Shown: positions 53,299-63,670 of the stretch, in pieces
How positions within the stretch are numbered: the first letter of the stretch is position 1
Layout: the number at the start of each line of letters is the position of its first letter
Source: Octopus sinensis
Taxonomy: Eukaryota
Length of the DNA: 64,000 bases
Assembly: GCF_006345805.1 (NCBI RefSeq)
Contig: NC_043002.1
Coordinates: forward strand, 34,906,001-34,970,000
Direction: 5' to 3'
Position numbers and translations under genes: made by a program
The notes under the pieces: generated by a model
Database searches by the model: none
Told to the model about the DNA's origin: nothing
Seen by the model: only the letters and a program-made list of their open reading frames with translations

Positions 53299-53491
53299 GA
53301 GAAAAAGAAGAAAAAAGAAAAAAATGACGTACAGAAGTTGATTATTCATAGAAATTTAAATTCATGCAGAGAAATTCCTGCATACAGCTGTTTCCACACC
53401 TAATCAATTGAAATATGGAAATGTAAATTCCAATCTTTGAAACCAGTTAATTGGATATTTCTTCATGGACAACTTCCAAAAGAAACTACGT

Positions 53492-53583
53492 CGCCTGCAG
53501 AGGGTCTTGAACCCGCGACCCTCAGATTTCATAACTCGACAGTTCTTAAAAGTCTGATGCTCTACCGACTGAGCTATGCGGGC
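53492..53583 (-). tRNA. tRNA-Lys(UUU), 19-nt intron, copy 2 (C4-A69 and C50-U64 mismatches)
   Basis: Exons match eukaryotic tRNA-Lys(UUU); intron AGAACTGTCGAGTTATGAA at 53528-53546. Confidence 0.8.
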
Positions 53584-54008
53584 TTCAACCGCTAGATTTA
53601 ACTTTTAGACAAATGAAATATAATGGACTTAGCTACACATTCCTTGTTAAAGGAAACGATTGTTGTATAAAGCTGTCATCTGATATCTTATGTTACCCCT
53701 TAGTGGTTTCTAATAACTCCTTCAAATTTACTACTGATATTTAATATAGTAATTCGTTCATTCATCAAGTCCCATCCTGGTAAAGTCATATTGATCATTC
53801 AAAATGTATATACACTATTCTCTTTCAATTATAATCTTTTCTACTCTAGGCACAAGGCCCGACATTTTTGTGGAGGGTGCCACTCGAATAGATCGACCCC
53901 AGAGCGCAGGTGGTATAATATAGCACTGTACCTATGCCTGTGTTTAGCCCCTTGTGGGTAATAAAGAAATAGGTATAATATAGCCCTCATCTGTTTCAGT
54001 TGCATCAC

Positions 54009-54248
54009 GAAAACTATGTTATGAAGTATTTTTCCATATTTCTCCTGAAGGAGGTGTCATTTTTTGGACATTTGTAGAAGGGAAAGATCTTAAATTTTCC
54101 TTCTCCACATGTATCTGGGTATTTACTCAGTGAAACACCTAGAAACATGTGGAGAAGGAAAATTTAAGATCTTTCCCTTCTACAAATGTCCAAAGAATGA
54201 CACCTCCTTCAGGAGAAATATGGAACAATACTTCATAACAAAGTTCTC
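54009..54248. repeat. 240-bp fold-back element, copy 1 (95-bp core arms 54018-54112 / 54145-54239, 2 mismatches)
   Basis: Direct arm comparison; CAC on both flanks. Confidence 0.95.
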
Positions 54249-54327
54249 CACCAAATTGAATGGGTGAAAATATTTCTATAATATTTTGTACTAGATGAAG
54301 GACGAAATTTGTAAAGTAAGTTGTATT

Positions 54328-54360
<33 letters not shown>

Positions 54361-54576
54361 CACACAAACAGTACTACACATATGTACATATAAATAAATA
54401 AAAACACTCTTTCATCCAGATTCTCCAACCCATATCAGCACAGGTATCAAACATTGGATTGAAAGACTCACCAGTTGCAAAAATGTAAACACATTTTTTT
54501 CTTCTTTCCCTCCTCCTCCTCCTTCCTTTCATTCCCTTTCCCATTTGACACACCTTTCAGATACACAGACACCCAC

Positions 54577-54639
<63 letters not shown>

Positions 54640-54881
54640 CTCTCTCTCTCTCACACAAGACAATGATAAAAAAAGAAATCCAGACAATTTTTTGAAAAGT
54701 GACATTTTGCTCCCCTTGGAGTGACCAGCTGGGTTTGCCATTTCTAAAAGCCAATAATCACTTACCATTGAAAGACTGACCAGCTGCAAAGATATCAGCA
54801 AATTTTTTTCTTCTTTCTCTCCTTCTTCTTCCTTTCCTTCTCTTTTTCTTTAAAACTTCTCTAAGATACAAAAACACACAC

Positions 54882-54926
<45 letters not shown>

Positions 54927-55194
54927 TTCTCCCCATTCTTCACCCTCTTGTAGTATCTTAAAATCTCTCCCCGCCCCTACACACTCAATAATACTATAAA
55001 AGGAGACAAAATTCCTGCAAAAGTTCAATTTGAAAACTCCACTAGAGTGGACCAAAGCGCTTTTATATGATATATGATTCATAAAAAATGTAACATACTA
55101 ATAAATATCTGTAAATATAAAACCATCCAGCAAATATAAAACCAACCAGTCAATTGGGCATTTCTTCTGCAACAATTTCCAAAAGAAAAATCGT

Positions 55195-55286
55195 CGCCCG
55201 CAGAGGGACTTGAACCCGCGACCCTCAGATTTCATAACACGACAGTTCTTAAAAGTCTGATGCTCTACCGACTGAGCTATGCGGGC
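55195..55286 (-). tRNA. tRNA-Lys(UUU), 19-nt intron, copy 3
   Basis: GCCCGCATAGCTCAGTCGGTAGAGCATCAGACTTTTA[AGAACTGTCGTGTTATGAA]ATCTGAGGGTCGCGGGTTCAAGTCCCTCTGCGGGCG, then ACGATTTTTCTTTT terminator. Confidence 0.92.
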
Positions 55287-55462
55287 CGACATGCGATTCA
55301 ACCAACATTTAGATAGATTAAATCTTTTGAACTTAGCTAATATATACCAACGTACATACATACACACAAGCATACATACATATATACATACATACATTCA
55401 TACATACATACATACATACATACATACATACATACATACATACATACACAAACAATACTCAG

Positions 55463-55549
55463 ATGAAATCTGAGGGTCGCGGGTTCAAATTCTTCTGGGG
55501 GCAACGAGATTTCTTTTGGAAATTGGTCCAGAAGAAATAACCAATTGAC
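55463..55549 (+). pseudogene. Inverted copy of the tRNA 3' half plus 3' trailer
   Basis: ATGAA-ATCTGAGGGTCGCGGGTTCAAATTCTTCTGGGGGC...TTCTTTTGGAAATTG...CCAATTGAC is an imperfect reverse complement of 55149-55235. Confidence 0.85.
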
Positions 55550-55639
55550 AGGTTTCAAACAAGGAGGGGGCCAGTCGAATAGATCGACTCCAGTACGCAG
55601 GTGGTTTAATATAGCCATCAGTTATTTCAGTTGCAACAC

Positions 55640-55879
55640 GAGAACTATGTTATGAAGAATTTTTCCATATTTCTCCTGAAGGAGGTGTCATTCTTTGGAC
55701 ATTTGTAGAAGGGAAAGATCTTAAATTTTCCTTCTCCACATGTATCTGGGTATTTACTCAGCGAAACACCAAGAAACATGTGGAGAATGAAAATTTAAGA
55801 TCTTTCCCTTCTACAAATGTCCAAAGAATGACACCTCCTTTAGGAGAAATATGGAACAATACTTCGTAACAAAGTTCTC
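55640..55879. repeat. 240-bp fold-back element, copy 2
   Basis: Same arms as 54009-54248 with a few substitutions. Confidence 0.95.
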
Positions 55880-55958
55880 CACCAAATTAAATGGGTGAAA
55901 ATATTTCTATAATAATTTGTACTAGATGAAGGACCAATTTTGTAAAGTAAATTGTATT

Positions 55959-56018
<60 letters not shown>

Positions 56019-56242
56019 ACAAACAGTACTACACATATGTACATATACATAAAGAAAATCACTCTTTCATCCAGGTTCCCCAACCCATATCAGCACAGGT
56101 ATCAACCATTGGATTGAAAGCCTCACCAGTTGCAAAAATGTAAACACATTTTTTTTTCTTTCCCTCCTCCTCCTTCCTTTCATTCCCCTTTCCCATTTGA
56201 CACACTTTTCAGATACACAGACACCCACACACACGCGCACAT

Positions 56243-56295
<53 letters not shown>

Positions 56296-56851
56296 CACAC
56301 ACGCGCGCGCGCGCGCACCCTCTCTCTCTCCTCTCAGAAGACAATGATAAAAAAGAAATCCAGATAATTATTTGAAAAGTGACATTTTGCTCCCCTTGGA
56401 GTGACCAGCTGGGTTTGCCATTTTTAAAAGCCAATAATCACTTACCATTGAAAGACTGACCAGCTGCAAAGATATCAGCAAATTTTTTCTTCTTTCTCTC
56501 CTTCTTCTCCCTTTCCTTCTATTTTTCTTTAACACTACTTTAAGATACAAAAACACACACGATCTCTCTCTCTCACTCTCTCTCTCTCTCTCTCTCTCTC
56601 ACTTTCTCCACATTCTTCACCCTCTTGTAGAATCACATATCTCTACCCGCCCCTACACACTCAATAATACTAGAAATGGAGACAAAATTCTTGCAAAAGT
56701 TCAATTTGAAAACTCCACTAGAGTGGACGAATGCGCTTTTATATGATATATGATTCATAACAAATGTAACATACTTATAAATATCTGTAAATATAAAACC
56801 AACCAGTCAATTGGAAATTTCTTCTGCAACAATTTCCAAAAGAAAAAACGT

Positions 56852-56943
56852 CGCCCGCAGAGGGACTTGAACCCGCGACCCTCAGATTTCATAACACGGT
56901 AGTTCTTAAAAGTCTGATGCTCTACCGACTGAGCTATGCTGGC
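56852..56943 (-). tRNA. tRNA-Lys(UUU), 19-nt intron, copy 4 (A4-G69 mismatch)
   Basis: Intron AGAACTACCGTGTTATGAA; 5' end GCCAGCA. Confidence 0.78.
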
Positions 56944-57083
56944 TGACACACAAAACAACGAAAATTTAGATAGATTAAATCTTTTGAACTTAGCTAATAT
57001 ATACATACGTACATACATACATACATACATACATACATACATACATACATACATACATACATACACACACAAACAATACTCAG

Positions 57084-57118
57084 ATGAAATCTGAGGGTCG
57101 CGGGTTCAAATCCCTCTG
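57084..57118 (+). pseudogene. Inverted, truncated tRNA 3' half
   Basis: ATGAAATCTGAGGGTCGCGGGTTCAAATCCCTCTG. Confidence 0.8.
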
Positions 57119-57719
57119 ATTATTTAATCCCATTGATTATTTAAGATTTTCATTTTTTACCAAAGGACATCTATCTATATAAATATCTTGTTTTCTGGCA
57201 CTAATATTACAATATCTTAAAATGTAATAATCAATAGTGTTGCTCTTAATGCGCAGCAGTGGTGCAACGAAGTTTAATATATGAAAATACATGATAATAT
57301 AAGAGGAGCCATTGTGTGTGATTTTAGATGGCTGAAATGGATCTAGTACCATGTAAATGTATGTTTCTTTATAGATGAAAACTGTAGTCAGAGATCTATA
57401 CTCATGCTTCACAGAATTACCAGGACCGTCAGTTAATTTACTTGTGACAATGATTAAATTTTACTTGTTTCAGTAATTAGACTGTGGCCGAAGATGATGA
57501 CATAGCGTGGTAGGAATAAAAGAGCAAAAGACTGAATGCTAAGGGAAATAGAAGAGCGTAAAAATATTTCGAAAGACCGGAAGGACATAGCCAAGCTGGA
57601 AAACGTGATGGGCAGCAAGAAAGGATTGAGCAAAAAGGGAAAGCAATTGTAACAGTTGCCGGGTGAAAATGTGTTCGACTACGAGAAAAAAAAAATGGTA
57701 TTGCAAGAAAATAATATGT

Positions 57720-57811
57720 CACCCGCAGAGGGACTTGAACCCTCGACCCTCAGATTTCATAACACGACAGTTCTTAAAAGTCTGATGCTCTACCGACTGA
57801 GCTATGCGGGC
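57720..57811 (-). tRNA. tRNA-Lys(UUU), 19-nt intron, copy 5 (perfect T-stem, G1-U72)
   Basis: T arm GAGGG-TTCAAGT-CCCTC; intron as in copy 3. Confidence 0.85.
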
Positions 57812-58325
57812 TTCCTCTCGTCCAGTTTAACTTTTAGGCAACTGAAATATTATGGACTTAGCTAGACATTCCTTGTTAACTGAAACGATTGTTGCATAGA
57901 GCTGTCATCTGATATCTTATGTCACACCGTAGTGATTACTAATAATTCCTTCACATTAACTACTGGTATTTAATATAGCAATTCGTTCACTCATCAAGTG
58001 CCATCCTGGTAAAGTCATATTGGTCATTCAAAATGTATATACACTACTCACTTTCAATTATAATCTTTTCTACTCTAGGCACAAGGCCCGACATTTTTGT
58101 GGAGGGGCCAGTCGAATAGTTCGACCCCAGTGCGCAGGTGGTATAATATAGATAGAAAGATGATAGAAAAAAATGATGTACAGAATGTTTTATTGAAAGA
58201 AATTCGAATACCTGCTTACACTTGTTTCCACACCTAATGAATTCAATTCAAGAATTTTAAGTTCTCACATCTGAAAACAGTTAATTGGGTATTTCTTCAA
58301 GGTCATTTTCGAAAAGAGAAGTCGT

Positions 58326-58416
58326 CGCCCGCAGAGGGACTTAACCTGCGTCCCTCAGATTTCATCAATCTAAAGTTCTTAAAAGTCTGATCCTCTACCG
58401 ACTGAGCTATACGGGC
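58326..58416 (-). pseudogene. tRNA-Lys(UUU) pseudogene with intron, copy 6
   Basis: 1-nt deletion in the T loop (GGTTAAG, B-box broken), D-stem mismatch and a diverged intron AGAACTTTAGATTGATGAA. Confidence 0.8.
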
Positions 58417-58685
58417 TGTCAAGCGTTTCAGCGAAAAGTTAGATAGATTAAATCTTTTGAACCTATCTACTATATACATACGTACATATATACAAACATA
58501 CATACATACAATACTACTTGCAATGGTTACATTGCAATGGTTACATTTCTACTCGAGGCACAAGGCCCGACATTTCTGTAGAGGGGGCCAGTCGAATAGA
58601 TCGACCCCAGTGCGCAGGTGTTTAGCCCATTGTGGGTAATAAAGAAATGGGTATAACATAGTCTCATCTGTTTCAGTTGCATCAC

Positions 58686-58924
58686 GAGAACTATGTTATG
58701 AAGTATTTTTCCATATTTCTCCTGAAGGAGGTGTCACTCTTTGGACATTTGTAGAAGGAAAAGATCTTAAATTTTCCTTTCCACATGTATCTGGGTATTT
58801 ACTCAGTGAAACACCTAGAAACATGTGGAGAAGGAAAATTTAAGATCTTTCCCTTCTACAAATGTCCAAAGAATGACACCTCCTTCAGGAGAAATATGGA
58901 AAAATACTTCATAACAAAGTTCTA
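58686..58924. repeat. Fold-back element, copy 3 (239 bp)
   Basis: Same arms with a 1-nt deletion in the left arm. Confidence 0.93.
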
Positions 58925-59252
58925 CACCAAATTAAATGGCTAAAAATGTTTCTATAATATTTTGTACTAGATGAAGGACCAAATTTGTAAAGTAAATTGT
59001 ATTAAACACACACACACACACACACACACATATGCACACAAACAGTACTACACATATGTACATATAAATAAATAAAAACACTCTTTCATCCAGATTCTCC
59101 AACCCATATCAGCACAGGTATCAAACATTGGATTGAAAGACTCACCAGTTGCAAAAATGTAAACACATTTTTTCTTCTTTCCCTCCTCCTCCTCCTTCCT
59201 TTCATTCCCTTTCCCATTTGACACTTCCTTTCAGATACACAGACACCCACAC

Positions 59253-59323
<71 letters not shown>

Positions 59324-59568
59324 ACACTCTCTCTCTCTCACACAAGACAATGATAAAAAAAGAAATCAAGACAATTTTTTGAAAAGTGACATTTGGCTCC
59401 CCATTGGAGTGACCAACTGGGTTTGCCATTTCTAAAAGCCAGTAATCACTTACCATTGAAAGACTGACCAGCTGCAAAGATATCAGCAACTTTTTTCTTC
59501 TTTCTCTCCTTCTTCTTCCTTTCCTTCTCTTTTTCTTTAAAACTTATTTAAGATACAAAAACAAACAC

Positions 59569-59609
<41 letters not shown>

Positions 59610-59878
59610 TTCTCCCCATTCTTCACCCTCTTGTGGTATCTTAAAATCTCTCCCCGCCCCTACACACTCAATAATACTATAAAAGGAGACAAAATTCCTG
59701 CAAAAGTTCAATTTGAAAACTCCACTAGAGTGGACCAAAGCGCTTTTATATGATATATGATTCATAAAAAATGTAACATACTAATAAATATCTGTAAATA
59801 GAAAACCATCCAGCAAATATTAAACCAATCAGTCAATTGGGCATTTTCTTCTTGGACAATTTCCAAAAGAAAAATCGT

Positions 59879-59972
59879 CGCCCGCAGAGGGACTTGAACC
59901 CGCGACCCTCAGATTTCATAACACGGCAGTTCTTAAAAAAGTCTGATGCTCTACCGACTGAGCTATGCGGGC
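59879..59972 (-). tRNA. tRNA-Lys(UUU), copy 7, with 2 extra T in the anticodon loop (pseudogene or homopolymer error)
   Basis: Six A at 59935-59940 where intact copies have four; otherwise like copy 3. Confidence 0.65.
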
Positions 59973-60140
59973 CGACATGCGATTCAACGAAAATTTAGAT
60001 AGATTAGATCTTTTGAACTTAGCTAATATATACCTACGTACATACATGCACACAAGCATACATACATATATACATACATACATGCATACAAACATACATA
60101 CATACATACATACATACATACATACACAAACAATACTCAG

Positions 60141-60227
60141 ATGAAATCTGAGGGTCGCGGGTTCAAATCCTTCTGGGGGCGACGAGTTTTCTTTTGGAAA
60201 TTGGTCCAGAAGAAATAACCAATTGAC
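60141..60227 (+). pseudogene. Inverted tRNA 3' half plus trailer
   Basis: Paralogue of 55463-55549. Confidence 0.85.
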
Positions 60228-60316
60228 AGGTTTCCAACAAGGAGGGGCCAGTCGAATAGATCGACTCCAGTACGCAGCTGGTTTAATATAGCCATCAGTT
60301 ATTTCAGTTGCAACAC

Positions 60317-60556
60317 GAGAACTATGTTATGAAGTATTTTTCCATATTTCTCCTGAAGGAGGTGTCATTCTTTGGACATTTGTAGAAGGGAAAGATCTTA
60401 AATTTTCCTTCTCCACATGTATCTGGGTATTTACTCATCGAAACACCTAGAAACATGTGGAGAAGGAAAATTTAAGATCTTTCCCTTCTACAAATGTCCA
60501 AAGAATGACACCTCCTTCAGGAGAAATATGGAAAAATACTTCATAACAAAGTTCTC
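60317..60556. repeat. 240-bp fold-back element, copy 4 (95/95 perfect arms 60326-60420 / 60453-60547)
   Basis: Direct arm comparison. Confidence 0.95.
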
Positions 60557-60634
60557 CACCAAATTAAATGACTGAAAATATTTCTATAATATTTGTACTA
60601 GATGAAGGACCAAATTTGTAAAGTAAATTGTATT

Positions 60635-60670
<36 letters not shown>

Positions 60671-60894
60671 ACAAACAGTACTACACATATGTACATATAC
60701 GTAAAGAAAATCACTCTTTCATCCAGGTTCTCCAACCCATATCAGCACAGGTATCAAACATTGGATTGAAAGCCTCACCAGTTGCAAAAATGTAAACACA
60801 TTTTTTTTTCTTTTCCTCCTCCTCCTTCCTTTCATTCCCCTTTCCCATTTGACACACTTTTCAGATACACAGACACCCACACACACGCGCACAT

Positions 60895-60951
<57 letters not shown>

Positions 60952-61213
60952 CGCGCGCGCCCGCGCACCCTCTCTCTCTCTCTCTCAGAAGACAATGATA
61001 AAAAAGAAATCCAGTTAATTATTTGAAAAGTGACATTTTGCTCCCCTTGGAGTGACCAGCTGGGTTTGCCATTTTTAAAAGCCAATAATCACTTACCATT
61101 GAAAGACTGACCAGCTGAAAAGATAACAGCAAATTTTTTCTTCTTTCTCTCCTTCTTCTCCCTTTCCTTCTATTTTTCTTTAACACTACTTTAAGATACA
61201 CAAACACACACGA

Positions 61214-61255
<42 letters not shown>

Positions 61256-61505
61256 ACTTTCTCCCCATTCTTCACCCTCTTGTAGAATCATATATCTCTA
61301 CCCGCCCCTACACACTCAATAATACTAGAAAAGGAGAGAAAATTCTTGCAAAAGTTCAATTTGAAAACTCCACTAGAGTGGACGAATGCGCTTTTATATG
61401 ATATATGATTCATAACAAATGTAATATACTTATAAATATCTGTAAATATAAAACCAAAAAGTCAATTGGACATTTCTTCTGTAACAATTTCCAAAACAAA
61501 AACGT

Positions 61506-61597
61506 CGCCCGCAGAGGGACTTGAACCCGCGACCCTCAGATTTCATAACACGGTAGTTCTTAAAAGTCTGATGCTCTACCGACTGAGCTATGCGGGC
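61506..61597 (-). tRNA. tRNA-Lys(UUU), 19-nt intron, copy 8
   Basis: Exons as in copy 3; intron AGAACTACCGTGTTATGAA. Confidence 0.9.
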
Positions 61598-61709
61598 TGA
61601 CACACAAAACAACGAAAATTTAGATAGATTAAATCTTTTGAACTTAGCTACTATATACCTACGTACATACATACATACATACATACATACATACACAAAC
61701 AATACTCAG

Positions 61710-61744
61710 ATGAAATCTGAGGGTCGCGGGTTCAAATCCCTCTG
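61710..61744 (+). pseudogene. Inverted, truncated tRNA 3' half
   Basis: Paralogue of 57084-57118. Confidence 0.8.
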
Positions 61745-62305
61745 ATTATTTAATCCCATTGATTATTTAAGATTTTCATTTTTTACCAAAGGACATCTAT
61801 CTATATAAATATCTTGTTTTCTGGCACTAATAATACAATATCTTAAAATGTAATAATCAATAGTGTTGCTCTTAATGCGCAGCAGTGGTGCAACGAAGTT
61901 TAATATATGAAAATACATGATAATATAAGAGGAGCCATTGTGTGTGATTTTAGATGGCTGAAATGGATCTAGTACCATGTAAATGTATGTTTCTTCATAG
62001 ATGAAAACTGTAGTCAGAGATCTATACTCATGCTTCACAGTATTACCAGGGCCGTCAGTTAATTTACATGTGACAATTATTATATATTATTTGTTTCAGT
62101 CATTAGACTGTGGCCGAAGATGATGACATAGCGTGGTAGGAATAAAACAGCAAAAGACTGAATGCTAATGGAAATAGAAAACGTGATGGGCAGCAAGAAA
62201 GGATTTAGCAAAAAGGGAAAGCAATTGTAACAGTTGCAGGGTGAAAATGTGTTCGACTAAGAAAAAAAAAAAAGAAGAAATGGTATTGCATGATAAAAAT
62301 TGTGT

Positions 62306-62397
62306 CGCCCGCAGAGGGACTTGAACCCGCGACCCTCAGATTTCATAACTAGACAGTTCTAAAAAGTCTGATGCTCTACCGACTGAGCTATGCGGGC
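62306..62397 (-). tRNA. tRNA-Lys(UUU), 19-nt intron, copy 9 (A37 replaced by U)
   Basis: Five A at 62361-62365; intron AGAACTGTCTAGTTATGAA. Confidence 0.7.
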
Positions 62398-62784
62398 TTC
62401 CGTCCGTTCAGTTTAACTTTTAGACAAATGAAATATTATGGACTTAGCTAGACATTCCTTGTTAACTGAAACGATTGTTGTATAAAGCTGTCATCTGATA
62501 TCTTACGTCACCCCGTAGTGATTACTAATAATTCCTTCACATTTACTACTGATATTTAATATAGTAATTCGTTCACTCATCAAGTCCCATCCTGGTAAAG
62601 TCATACTTGTCATACAAAATGTATATACACTACTCTCTTTCAATTATAATCATAACAATGTTCTCCACCAAATTAAATGGCTTAAAATATTTCTATAATA
62701 ATTTGTACTAGATGAAGGACCAATTTTGTAAAGTAAACTGTATTAAACACACAGACACACACACAAAAACACAGACACACACAG

Positions 62785-62815
<31 letters not shown>

Positions 62816-63044
62816 CACACAAACAGTACTACACATATGTACATATACATAAATATTAATAATCTTTCATCCAGATTCTCCAACGCACATCAGCACAGGA
62901 ATCAAACACTGGATTGAAAGATTTATACAGTGGTATAAATGTCAACACAATTATTTCTTCTTCTTCTCTTTCTTCTATCTTCCTTCTCCAGCGACAACCC
63001 TTCCAGATACACAGGCATCCACACACACATGTGCACACACACGT

Positions 63045-63082
<38 letters not shown>

Positions 63083-63578
63083 CAATGACAAAAAGAAATC
63101 CAGACAATTTTTGGAGAAGTGACATTTTGTCCCCCTTGAAGTGGCCAATTGAGTTTGCCATTTCTAAAAGCCAAGTGTCACTTACCATTGAAAGACTGAC
63201 TAGCTGCAAAGATATCAACAAATTTTTTCTTCTTTCTCTCCTTCTTCCTTTCCTTCTCTTTTCTTTAACACACCTTTAAGATACAAAAACACACATGATC
63301 TCTCTCTCTCACGTTCTCCCCATTCTTCACCCTCTTGTAGTATCTTATCTCTCCCCGCCCCTACACACACAATAATGCTATAAAAGGAGACAAAATTCCT
63401 GCAAAAGTTCAATTTGAAAACTCCACTAGAGTGGAGCAAAGCGCTTTTATATGATATATGATTCATAAAAAATGTAACATACTAATAAATATCTGTAAGT
63501 ATAAAACCATCCAGCAAATATAAAACCAACCAGTCAATTGGACATTTCTTCTGCGACAATTTCCAAAAGAAAAATCGT

Positions 63579-63670
63579 CGCCCGCAGAGGGACTTGAACC
63601 CGCGACCCTCAGATTTCATAACGCAGCAGTTCTTAAAAGTCTGATGCTCTACCGACTGAGCTATGCGGGC
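63579..63670 (-). tRNA. tRNA-Lys(UUU), 19-nt intron, copy 10
   Basis: Exons as in copy 3; intron AGAACTGCTGCGTTATGAA; T5 terminator. Confidence 0.9.

Noticed and set aside
55195-55549. Permuted or split tRNA interpretation of the extra 3' halves
   Set aside because: The halves lie on the opposite strand, and each neighbouring gene is already complete.
57137-57412. 91-aa ORF MKHEYRSL..., repeated at 61763-62038
   Set aside because: Its conservation is explained by the recent array duplication; it is AT-rich with no recognisable domain.
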